32,000 bases of DNA from Candidatus Saccharimonadota bacterium (GTDB lineage Bacteria; Patescibacteriota; Gracilibacteria; UBA4473), in NCBI GenBank assembly GCA_963677105.1, contig OY781871.1, positions 1 through 32,000 on the forward strand, written 5' to 3'. The position numbers were made by a program, and so were the translations under genes. Below the pieces are notes generated by a model. The model did not search any database and was not told where the DNA came from. It worked only from the letters and a program-made list of their open reading frames with translations. Positions 17,159 to 24,525 of the stretch are shown here, piece after piece (position 1 is the first letter of the stretch; every line of letters begins with the position of its first letter).

Positions 17159-17185
17159 TGACACAAAAAAAACATATCTGCGTAT
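17159..17185 (+). promoter_or_regulatory. ECF-type promoter (TGACAC-N16-CGTAT) upstream of the secreted 196-aa protein gene
   Basis: Reads TGACACAAAAAAAACATATCTGCGTAT. Same architecture as the site upstream of the neighbouring ECF sigma gene. Confidence 0.6.
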
Positions 17186-17239
17186 AAGTGTGTGAGGTTG
17201 GCCAAACTTCCTTACAATTAATTCGTTACTATTTACAAA

Positions 17240-17830
17240 ATGAACAAAAAAATAATTGGTCTCGGTGTAGCAACTCTTTCATTAGGAGTAATGCTCGTTA
17301 CCCCAACAGCAAATGCTTTCTGGGGAGGAAATACTTCTGAAAGTTTTACAGAAATGAAGCAAATGATTCAGTCATTCAATTCATGGGAAGATTTTAGAGA
17401 AGCTATGAAAGAGAAACGTGAAGCAGGAAAAGTGGAACGAGAAACTATGCAAGAAAAAGTTTCACATGAAGTAGAGAAACTTGAAAACGGAGTTGTTATT
17501 ACAACTACTACAGATGATGCTGACGTTTTAGAAAAAATGAAAGAACGACACGAAAAAGGCGAAAACCGACAAGGACGAAATCAAGAAAACGTAGTTCGTT
17601 TAGTTGAAACATTAGAAAACGGGTTTCGTACAACTATTACAACAGAAGATGAAGATACGTTAACACGATTGCACGATCGAGCAGATAACGGATGGAAAAT
17701 GAATCGTAGACACGGGAAACGGAACAAAATGGAAAATCGAAAAGAAGACGGACAGAAGATGAATCGTGGGAAAGGACGACGAGGACAAAGAAATGGATAT
17801 GAATTCGAAGACGAAGTAATAGAAAATTAA
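17240..17830 (+). CDS. secreted, highly charged protein with an internal duplicated motif and a basic C-terminal tail
   Basis: Signal peptide MNKKIIGLGVATLSLGVMLVTPTANA. Two copies of the motif: VEKLENGVVITTTTDDADVLEKM and VETLENGFRTTITTEDEDTLTRL. Arg/Lys/Asn-rich tail. Confidence 0.8.
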   Translation: MNKKIIGLGVATLSLGVMLVTPTANAFWGGNTSESFTEMKQMIQSFNSWEDFREAMKEKREAGKVERETMQEKVSHEVEKLENGVVITTTTDDADVLEKMKERHEKGENRQGRNQENVVRLVETLENGFRTTITTEDEDTLTRLHDRADNGWKMNRRHGKRNKMENRKEDGQKMNRGKGRRGQRNGYEFEDEVIEN

Positions 17831-17851
17831 AGAAAAAAGTATTTTCAAAAG

Positions 17852-17884
17852 AATCGCTCCAAGGAATCGGGGCGATTTTTTTAT
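17852..17884 (+). terminator. rho-independent terminator after the 196-aa gene
   Basis: AATCGCTCC (17852-17860) pairs with GGGGCGATT (17869-17877), one mismatch, followed by a T-run. Confidence 0.75.
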
Positions 17885-17895
17885 GGAGTATTTTT

Positions 17896-17922
17896 TGACA
17901 CAAAATGAAAATTAAGGCGTAC
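17896..17922 (+). promoter_or_regulatory. ECF-type autoregulatory promoter (TGACAC-N16-CGTAC)
   Basis: Reads TGACACAAAATGAAAATTAAGGCGTAC and ends 10 nt upstream of the sigma ATG at 17933. Confidence 0.6.
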
Positions 17923-17932
17923 TTATTTCTGA

Positions 17933-18508
17933 ATGAAAGATTTTTCTACTTATTCTGATGAACAATTAATCCCTCTTTCTTTGGAGAATGAAGAAGCGTT
18001 TGGGGAAATTGTTCATCGTTATGAATCGCGATTAAGACGATACGTTTTTCGTATTGCATCCTTCCCAGAGGAAGAAGTAGAAGAGATTTTGCAAGACGTA
18101 TTTCTTTCGGTTTGGAAAAATCTTCGTGGATTTGATACAAAAATAAAATTCAGTAGTTGGGTTTATCGTATTGCTCATAATCGAACGATTTCATTATTTC
18201 GGAAATTCAAAACTCGTGGACGAGATAAAGAAACAGGGTTGACACCTGATTTATTTTTGCCAACCACAGAAAATTTCATTGATGATTTTGATTCACAGAT
18301 TAACGCAAAACTTATTCAATCAGCATTAGAAGAAATACCAAATAAATATAGTGAAATTCTTATCTTACGGTTTTTTGAGGATTTGTCTTACGATGAAATT
18401 GCGGACGTATTAAAATGCTCAATTGGAACTGTGAGCACGCTTATCGCACGGGCAAAAAAGAAGTTCCGTGCAGTGATAGATGAATTAAATATTCCATTTT
18501 CAAAATGA
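17933..18508 (+). CDS. RNA polymerase ECF sigma factor (second paralogue)
   Basis: 191 aa. Region 2: RLRRYVFRIASFPEEEVEEILQDVFLSVWKNLRGFD and WVYRIAHNRTISLFRK. Region 4: YSEILILRFFEDLSYDEIADVLKCSIGTVSTLIARAKKKFR. Confidence 0.9.
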   Translation: MKDFSTYSDEQLIPLSLENEEAFGEIVHRYESRLRRYVFRIASFPEEEVEEILQDVFLSVWKNLRGFDTKIKFSSWVYRIAHNRTISLFRKFKTRGRDKETGLTPDLFLPTTENFIDDFDSQINAKLIQSALEEIPNKYSEILILRFFEDLSYDEIADVLKCSIGTVSTLIARAKKKFRAVIDELNIPFSK

Positions 18509-19284
18509 AGAAAAATTTCACCGATTCCGTTTTAAAAACAATTCGTGCAAAAAAAATAACTCCACGTGAGCGATCATATTTTATTGCCAAAACAGTTATT
18601 CAAATAGCTGCAGGAATTGCGTTCTTTCTGTTTGGAATGTTGTCAGTTGCACTTGTATTTCATTTAATAAATAATTTCGCTTTTGCAGAGTTCATTCTTA
18701 ATCATCCTCAACTCTTAAGAAAATTATTTTGGTTCGGAGTTCCTGTTTTTTGGGTAGTTCTTTCTGTTTTATTATGGTTTGTTATAGAGCAAATTGTACG
18801 CGAAACAAAACGAGTGTATCGAATGTCGTTTGGTGTAATCGGAATACTTGTTTTATCGATTCAGGTTTTAGGAGGTTTTATTCTCGAACAATCTCAAGTA
18901 GGGGAACAAGTTGATCTCATTTTTGAACAAAGAATGAATTGGTATCATGGAGCACAAAAAATCAATAGACGTCTTGAGCGCATGCCAGAACATGGATTTT
19001 TGGTAGGAGAAGTTTTGAAAGTAAAGTCGGATTCTTTGATTTTTTTAAACGATATTATGAATAAAGAATGGGAAGTTTATCTTGAGAGTAAAAGAAGACC
19101 ACCATTTGAAATAAAAAAGGGAATGAAGCTTCGTATGATAGGAGAAATGCGTGGAGAAAATGAATTTAAGGCAATTGATTGGAAACCAGCAAGAGATCGT
19201 CGCCCTCCGCTACACAAAAGAAGAAATTCATTTAAAAAAGATGAACGAGGAATGCGTCCACCTTTTCATAATCGGTTAGAGTAG
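18505..19284 (+). CDS. putative multi-pass membrane anti-sigma factor with a C-terminal soluble domain and basic tail
   Basis: 259 aa. ATGA overlap with the sigma gene. About 4 hydrophobic helices between aa 25 and 130, then a soluble domain (FLVGEVLKVKSDSLIFLND...). Function inferred from position. Confidence 0.55.
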   Translation: MKKNFTDSVLKTIRAKKITPRERSYFIAKTVIQIAAGIAFFLFGMLSVALVFHLINNFAFAEFILNHPQLLRKLFWFGVPVFWVVLSVLLWFVIEQIVRETKRVYRMSFGVIGILVLSIQVLGGFILEQSQVGEQVDLIFEQRMNWYHGAQKINRRLERMPEHGFLVGEVLKVKSDSLIFLNDIMNKEWEVYLESKRRPPFEIKKGMKLRMIGEMRGENEFKAIDWKPARDRRPPLHKRRNSFKKDERGMRPPFHNRLE

Positions 19285-19301
19285 ATAATTCAATGTGCTG
19301 T

Positions 19302-19336
19302 ATTTGTGATTTGTACTTTGAACTTTGTAGTTTGAT
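19302..19336. repeat. heptamer-periodic array, copy 2 (ATTTGTG ATTTGTA CTTTGAA CTTTGTA GTTTGAT)
   Basis: Five tandem 7-nt units fill most of the 51-nt gap between two convergent genes and abut the stop codon of the minus-strand gene. Confidence 0.6.
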
Positions 19337-20310
19337 TAGATGTTTTTCAAAACCTTACGTCCGTTTTTTGTAGCAATATTTACCAAGTCATTTACGTCAT
19401 AGTGACGTGTTGTTTCCATAAGGAAAATCAATTCCGTAAAGAGATTTCCGTCGATAAAAGGACAAAAGAAGTCATACACATTATCAACTCCCAAAGCGAC
19501 ATTTACTCCTGCTTCAAGAAGTTGTGGAACTGGTCCAATAGAGTTGTGAACGGGAGCCATTTTGTGTCGTGGTTGCTGATTATCGATCATTGCTCGAGGA
19601 GAAATAATCACCGACATATCAGCTTCTTTCAACATTTGTGCGACATCTTTTATATAATCATCTGGTTGCGCAGAAAGAGAACAAGAATGAACCGCATTTA
19701 CGCGTCCTTGCATTCCGTGTTTCATAACAGATTTTGCAAGCATTTCTGTATCACGTTCATCTGGATCATTGTTTTGATCAATATGAACATCAACGGTTTT
19801 ATTTAAATCTTTCGCTAAGCCAAACAAAAACTCTAAATGAGCTTCTTCGTTTGGACGATCACGAGAGGGAAGTCCTCCCAGTAAATCTACATACGGAGCA
19901 GCTTTTCGAATCATTGCTTGCGCTTCTGGTGTCATTGCTCCTTCCAGCACTTGAGAGCAGATTTGAAAATCTATTTTGTCAGCGTATTTTTCTTTCACAG
20001 CAAGAGCTGCTTCTACACATTTCATTCCAACCGTATTGTCTACATCGATATTACTTCTTACGATGTCACATCCTTGGTTTATGAAATTTTCAACACTGCG
20101 AGAGATTCGTTCAACTAACCCGTCGTGCGTGTAATTTTCTTTTACTTCTTTCCAAAGATCCCATTTTACTTCCATGTGATCGTTACACATTTGAAGTTTT
20201 TCGGGAGTGATTACATACGCTTTATCAAAGTGTGCGTGACAACACACTGGACCTCCAGCAGCAGTAACTTTTTCGCGAAGGTGTTCGAGCATGTTCCAAG
20301 GTTCGGCCAT
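19336..20310 (-). CDS. metal-dependent amidohydrolase, cytosine deaminase (CodA)-like
   Basis: 324 aa. Metal motif CCHAHFD, then VDVHIDQNNDPDERD, VNAVHSCSL and LGVDNVYDFFCP, which line up with the CodA HxH / H / H / D metal ligands. Shorter than E. coli CodA. Confidence 0.7.
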   Translation of the reverse strand: MAEPWNMLEHLREKVTAAGGPVCCHAHFDKAYVITPEKLQMCNDHMEVKWDLWKEVKENYTHDGLVERISRSVENFINQGCDIVRSNIDVDNTVGMKCVEAALAVKEKYADKIDFQICSQVLEGAMTPEAQAMIRKAAPYVDLLGGLPSRDRPNEEAHLEFLFGLAKDLNKTVDVHIDQNNDPDERDTEMLAKSVMKHGMQGRVNAVHSCSLSAQPDDYIKDVAQMLKEADMSVIISPRAMIDNQQPRHKMAPVHNSIGPVPQLLEAGVNVALGVDNVYDFFCPFIDGNLFTELIFLMETTRHYDVNDLVNIATKNGRKVLKNI

Positions 20311-20340
20311 TTTATAAAGGGGGATTAAGGGGAAGTATTT

Positions 20341-21669
20341 TTATCGACGCATTTTATCAATTTCTTTCTGTAATTTATCAAGTCCAAGATTTCCAGTACC
20401 ACCTTGGTGTGTTGAAAGTTTCATCATTTCTTTTACTTCATCAGCGTTAATCTCAATATTTGCAATATGAGACCCAACTTCTCGATATGCGTCTCGGAAA
20501 GTCATACCTGTTTTTACCAGTTCAAATGCTTTGTGTGCAGCAAACAATCCTGGTGAATCAAGTGAAGATTGCATCATGACTTCTTCATTTGGTGAAACAT
20601 TCGCGATAATCGCACGAGAAGCATCAAGACACATTTCTGTGTAACGAAGCCCGAGAAAGAGCGGTCGTTTAATTTCTTGTCCATCACGATGATATCCAAG
20701 AATTTTATGCATAATGTTTGTCGACATTTCGTTTCGGCACGCAAATACGGTTGCTGTTCGTCCACGAATTAATTCTGCTACGTCCAAATTTTTCTTTTGT
20801 GGCATAATTGATGAACCCGTTGCAATTGAGTCATCCATATGAAAAAATTGGAATTCTTGTGTTGTGAAAAACAACATATCAGAAGCAAATTTATTTAGTG
20901 TAAGCATAGTGTTGCAACATGCTTCAAGAACAAGTCCTTCGAATTTTCCACGTGAGTTTTGACAATAAATTGGATTTGCTTGTGTACGATTAAATCCAAG
21001 TTCTTTACTCAGCCAATCTCTATCGAAGTCAAATGGAGAACCATATCCTGCTCCTGAACCAAGTGGATTTTGGTCAATAATTTCATCTGTAATTACAGTA
21101 AGCAGTCGAGCATCATCTAGGAGTTCTTCAACAAATGATCCGGCCCACGTTCCGACACTTGTTGGCATTGCTTTTTGCATGTGAGTATACCCAGGCATTG
21201 GCACAAATTCGTATTCTTTTGCAAAGGCAAGAAAGTCGTCTGCAACGTCTAGAATTTTCTCTCGCATTGCTACTGCTTTATTTTTCAAGAAGTATCGCAT
21301 CATTACCAAAACTTGATCGTTTCGAGAACGTCCAGTGTGAATTTTCTTTCCTGTGTCTCCCAATTTTTCAATCAAATATTCTTCAATTTTTGTATGACAG
21401 TCTTCGTCTTCCACTTTGAGTTGGAATTCTCCTTTTTCCCATAGTTTCAAAATATCATCGAGTCCTTCTTCTAGTTGTTTTAATTCTTCTTTAGAAATGA
21501 GATTGTGTCGCTGAATCATTCGTGCGTAGCATCGACTACACCAAACATCATCCGGAATCATTATTTGATCGTAATGAATATCTTCTCCAGCATTAAATTC
21601 TTCAACAATTCGGTTTAAATCAACATCTTTGTTTTTAAACCAAATTTTCTTTTTTATAGTATTGGACAT
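20341..21669 (-). CDS. argH: argininosuccinate lyase
   Basis: 442 aa. TGRSRNDQV and GSSIMPQKKNLDVAELIRG are fumarate-lyase-superfamily signatures in the ArgH form. Confidence 0.85.
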   Translation of the reverse strand: MSNTIKKKIWFKNKDVDLNRIVEEFNAGEDIHYDQIMIPDDVWCSRCYARMIQRHNLISKEELKQLEEGLDDILKLWEKGEFQLKVEDEDCHTKIEEYLIEKLGDTGKKIHTGRSRNDQVLVMMRYFLKNKAVAMREKILDVADDFLAFAKEYEFVPMPGYTHMQKAMPTSVGTWAGSFVEELLDDARLLTVITDEIIDQNPLGSGAGYGSPFDFDRDWLSKELGFNRTQANPIYCQNSRGKFEGLVLEACCNTMLTLNKFASDMLFFTTQEFQFFHMDDSIATGSSIMPQKKNLDVAELIRGRTATVFACRNEMSTNIMHKILGYHRDGQEIKRPLFLGLRYTEMCLDASRAIIANVSPNEEVMMQSSLDSPGLFAAHKAFELVKTGMTFRDAYREVGSHIANIEINADEVKEMMKLSTHQGGTGNLGLDKLQKEIDKMRR

Positions 21670-21750
21670 CGGAAATGGGGGTTAAAAAATTGCCATCTCA
21701 AAAGATACATTAGGATAGGTGATTTGGCAACGAATTCCTTTATTTTTTGC

Positions 21751-21778
21751 TTGACCAAGGAGCGCGTTCGCGTAAACT
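21751..21778 (+). promoter_or_regulatory. sigma-70-type promoter candidate for tRNA-Ser (TTGACC-16-TAAACT)
   Basis: TTGACC at 21751-21756 and TAAACT at 21773-21778, about 20 nt upstream of the tRNA 5' end. Confidence 0.5.
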
Positions 21779-21799
21779 CGCGCTGTTCTACTTGCAAAC

Positions 21800-21889
21800 G
21801 GAGAAGTGCCAGAGTGGTCGAATGGGGCACCCTGCTAAGGTGTTGTACTCGCAAGGGTACCGAGGGTTCGAATCCCTCCTTCTCCGCCA
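21800..21889 (+). tRNA. tRNA-Ser (anticodon GCU), long variable arm, encoded CCA
   Basis: Acceptor GGAGAAG/CTTCTCC. Anticodon arm GCACC-CTGCTAA-GGTGT. Long extra arm. T-arm GAGGGTTCGAATCCCTC. 3' GCCA. Confidence 0.9.
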
Positions 21890-21890
21890 T

Positions 21891-21921
21891 AAAAAACAAC
21901 AGACTTTTATGTCTGTTTTTT
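21891..21921 (+). terminator. rho-independent terminator after tRNA-Ser
   Basis: AACAGAC (21898-21904), loop TTTTAT, GTCTGTT (21911-21917), then a T-run. An A-run precedes the hairpin. Confidence 0.75.
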
Positions 21922-21965
21922 AAAATCTAATGACAAAAGTAGACAAAAGAATATCATTCTTTCGC

Positions 21966-22040
21966 GCCGAGATAGCTCAGGGGTAGAGCAACACATTCGT
22001 AACGTGTAGGTCGTGAGTTCGATTCTCATTCTCGGCTCCA
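21966..22040 (+). tRNA. tRNA-Thr (anticodon CGU), encoded CCA
   Basis: Acceptor GCCGAGA/TCTCGGC. D-arm GCTCAGGGGTAGAGC. Anticodon loop TTCGTAA with an A-C mismatch at the base of the stem. T-arm GTGAGTTCGATTCTCAT. A candidate promoter ATGACA-16-TATCAT lies at 21930-21957. Confidence 0.85.
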
Positions 22041-22098
22041 TTCGTTCCGACAAGTCGAAACGCCAAAGATTAATTTTTCAAACTACAATTTACAAAAT

Positions 22099-22764
22099 AT
22101 GAATACTCTTCTCACAGAACATGCAGAACAATTCGAAAAATTATGGGAGATTTTTTCCGATTGGAATAGCAAGATTAATCTCTCTGCAATTCGTGAAAAA
22201 GAAGAGGTTTTTGAAAAACACTTTAAAGATTCTTTATTGATAACAGAGTTCTTTGATCTTAATGATAAAAAAATATTGGATATTGGAGTGGGTGGGGGAT
22301 TTCCCACTTTGCCATTAGCGATCGTTACTAATTCTCAATTCACGTGTCTCGATAGTGTTGGTAAAAAAATGAAAGCGGTTGCTGATATGGCGCAGCAATT
22401 AGGGTTGAAAAATGTGAAAACGATACACGGGCGATTTGAGGATTTTGCACAAACAAGAAACTATCGCGAACAATATGATATTGTGACAGCTCGAGCCGTT
22501 GCTCCATGGAACGTTTTACTCGAATACGCACTTCCGTTTGTGAAATTAGGTGGAAGTTTCATTGCGTATCAAGGTCCAGCCATTGTGGACGATTTGATAA
22601 ATTTCAATGGTTTAGAAAAAAAACTGGGAGGACAAATTGTTCGAAAAGGAAAGACGATTCTTGGTGATAGTGAAAGATATTTTATTGAAGTTGAGAAAGT
22701 AAAACCAACACCAAAACAATATCCTCGAGAAAATGGTGTTCCCAGAATGGATCCGCTTGTGTAA
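22099..22764 (+). CDS. rsmG: 16S rRNA (guanine527-N7)-methyltransferase RsmG (GidB)
   Basis: 221 aa. INLSAIREKEEVFEKHFKDSLL, SAM motif ILDIGVGGGFPTLPLAIV, and VTARAVAPWNVLLEYALPFVKLGGSFIAYQG. Confidence 0.9.
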   Translation: MNTLLTEHAEQFEKLWEIFSDWNSKINLSAIREKEEVFEKHFKDSLLITEFFDLNDKKILDIGVGGGFPTLPLAIVTNSQFTCLDSVGKKMKAVADMAQQLGLKNVKTIHGRFEDFAQTRNYREQYDIVTARAVAPWNVLLEYALPFVKLGGSFIAYQGPAIVDDLINFNGLEKKLGGQIVRKGKTILGDSERYFIEVEKVKPTPKQYPRENGVPRMDPLV

Positions 22765-22801
22765 AGCGAACTTTAATTTTAAAAGGATCGATACGAGATA
22801 T

Positions 22802-24268
22802 TTACGTTAAAAATATATCTCCTGTTTGAGCTACTTCTAATCCCTGTGTTTTTGGGAAAAAATATCTTCTCCATAATGCGACAAATCCTATGTATGTCAC
22901 TCCAACAACAAGAATTCCTAATTTGAGAGAATCTCCCGCTGGCGTATAAAGCAATTCAAATAGAATAATAAGATTTATAAGAGCAATTCGAAGCAAGTTT
23001 TTTCCAGAAAAGGGGAGTTTCCAGTGTTTTTTGATCTCTCGTGATAAAAGAATGAAAACAATTATTTCACAAAATACGGTAGAAAGTGCTGCTGCAAGAA
23101 TTCCGTATGTAGAAAGGAAATAAATATTTAATACCGCATTTATGGTCAAAGCTGTTGCATTTACAATAAGAAGATAATTTTGCTTATTTTTTGCAACAAG
23201 AGTGAATGAAAAGAGTTGATTGAAGAAGGCGAAGAAAATAGTGGGGACGAGAATTCTCAATATTGAATCTGATCCTAATGCGCTAGCAGTACTTAAAAAT
23301 TCTTCACTTGAAATCAATCGAATTATATCTGTAGCGAAAAATTCAATACCAATAATCACAGGTATTGCGAGTAAAAGAAGTTTTTCTCCAGCCCATACAA
23401 GAGATTTTCCTATAGCAAGATTATCATGCTCTTCTGCTGAAATTTTTGGTAACATTGCTTGCCCGAAATACACACCTAATACAAGTAGACTTTCCATAAT
23501 TCGTGTTGCTGCACCATATGTTCCTACGGCAGCTGATCCCAAGACAAGTGAAATAAGGATGATGTCAATACGCAAATATAATGTTTGCAGAATCAATGCG
23601 AGTCCGTATGGAAGAGAAACTTTTAATGTATTTTTAAGAAATTCCCAATTCCAACGAAGTGATATTTTTATTTCTCGAGACGCAAACCATGCAACTAACG
23701 AACAAAAAACAAGATTTGAGATAACTCCTGCCCATAAAAAATTCAATAAAATATTTCCTCCAAAGGTTGATTGTGAAAGCCAAAAGACAATTCCTGCAAG
23801 TATTATTTTTCCTATAACAAGCGAACCAGAGAAAAAATGGATTTTCATTCGTGCCTGCAAAACACTCGAAAGTGTTCCAGCAACAATAGTAAGTCCCATT
23901 GAAATCGCTGTAATCCAGATTCCAGTTTTTACTAACGGTGAATAAGAGGGGATGAGTTGCGCACAAAGTCCCGCAAGAACCATTACGCTTAATACTAAAA
24001 TTAAACGCATGGAGAGAATATTTCCTAAGACAAATTCTGTTTTTGCTTTATCTCGAGACATTTCTCGTACAGCAATCGCAAATAATCCTGCGTCAGCAAT
24101 AATTCCGAAAAAAGCGAGGAATTCATATGTTGTTACATATTCACCATAAAATTCTGTTCCAAATTGAGTAACAATCTTCAGTACTACAAAACTCGCAAGA
24201 ATAGCTATGATTTTCCCTCCAAATTGAGAAAACGTGTTTAGTAAAACCTTATTGTTTGTGGCAATCAT
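22802..24268 (-). CDS. MOP-superfamily polysaccharide/lipid-linked oligosaccharide flippase (Wzx/MurJ-like)
   Basis: 488 aa and hydrophobic throughout (about 12-14 TM segments). N-terminus LLNTFSQFGGKIIAILASFVVLKIV is typical of polysaccharide biosynthesis (Wzx-type) proteins. Confidence 0.75.
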   Translation of the reverse strand: MIATNNKVLLNTFSQFGGKIIAILASFVVLKIVTQFGTEFYGEYVTTYEFLAFFGIIADAGLFAIAVREMSRDKAKTEFVLGNILSMRLILVLSVMVLAGLCAQLIPSYSPLVKTGIWITAISMGLTIVAGTLSSVLQARMKIHFFSGSLVIGKIILAGIVFWLSQSTFGGNILLNFLWAGVISNLVFCSLVAWFASREIKISLRWNWEFLKNTLKVSLPYGLALILQTLYLRIDIILISLVLGSAAVGTYGAATRIMESLLVLGVYFGQAMLPKISAEEHDNLAIGKSLVWAGEKLLLLAIPVIIGIEFFATDIIRLISSEEFLSTASALGSDSILRILVPTIFFAFFNQLFSFTLVAKNKQNYLLIVNATALTINAVLNIYFLSTYGILAAALSTVFCEIIVFILLSREIKKHWKLPFSGKNLLRIALINLIILFELLYTPAGDSLKLGILVVGVTYIGFVALWRRYFFPKTQGLEVAQTGDIFLT

Positions 24269-24340
24269 TTCGGAGGAAGTGTACTGTTTCAGAAATAAAT
24301 TACCAATATTTAATATTAAAATTGGGTTCAGTTTTTCAAT

Positions 24341-24369
24341 AAAAAAACCAGCCGAAGCTGGTATTTTTT
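24341..24369 (-). terminator. rho-independent terminator downstream of tRNA-Glu
   Basis: The minus strand reads CCAGC-TTCG-GCTGG followed by TTTTTTT. It is flanked by A- and T-runs on both sides, so it could act in both directions. Confidence 0.75.
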
Positions 24370-24380
24370 AAACTCTTATA

Positions 24381-24455
24381 TGGTATCGCCAAGGGGAATC
24401 GAACCCCTGTTGCTGGAATGAAAATCCAGAGTCCTAACCACTAGACGATGGCGAC
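24381..24455 (-). tRNA. tRNA-Glu (anticodon UUC), encoded CCA
   Basis: The reverse complement reads GTCGCCATCGTCTAGTGGTTAGGACTCTGGATTTTCATTCCAGCAACAGGGGTTCGATTCCCCTTGGCGATACCA. This is a clean cloverleaf with anticodon loop TTTTCAT. Confidence 0.9.
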
Positions 24456-24485
24456 TCGGATACCTTTTCCTAAAAGAGCCCGCTG

Positions 24486-24513
24486 ATTTTACGGACAAAC
24501 GTTTTTTGGTCAA
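24486..24513 (-). promoter_or_regulatory. sigma-70-type promoter candidate for tRNA-Glu (TTGACC-16-TAAAAT)
   Basis: Minus strand: TTGACC (24513-24508), 16-nt spacer, TAAAAT (24491-24486). It has the same -35 hexamer as the tRNA-Ser promoter candidate. Confidence 0.5.
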
Positions 24514-24525
24514 ATAATTTTCAAA

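Noticed and set aside
17933-18508. Possibility of an alternative genetic code (UGA recoded), as in some candidate phyla.
   Set aside because: TGA terminates several well-delimited genes at the expected protein length (the sigma gene at 18506-18508, mutL at 3204-3206). All conserved genes are intact under the standard code.
19309-19321. The exact 13-mer ATTTGTACTTTGA shared between 19309-19321 and 26141-26153, considered as stand-alone evidence for a repeat family.
   Set aside because: A single 13-nt match is not improbable in 2 x 32 kb of AT-rich sequence. The heptamer finding rests on the 7-nt periodicity and the intergenic placement, not on this match.
20215-20241. A fifth match to the ECF promoter pattern (minus strand TGTCAC-N16-CGTAT), inside the amidohydrolase gene about 70 nt from its start.
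   Set aside because: It is intragenic and lacks the A-tract after the hexamer that the four intergenic sites share. It would drive a truncated protein missing the HxH metal site. About one chance hit of the bare pattern is expected in a window of this size.
21800-24455. tRNA genes (Ser, Thr, Glu) considered as integration sites of a mobile element or genomic island.
   Set aside because: There is no integrase, recombinase or transposase, no partial tRNA direct repeat, and no phage-like genes nearby. The flanking genes are housekeeping (argH, rsmG, flippase, groESL).
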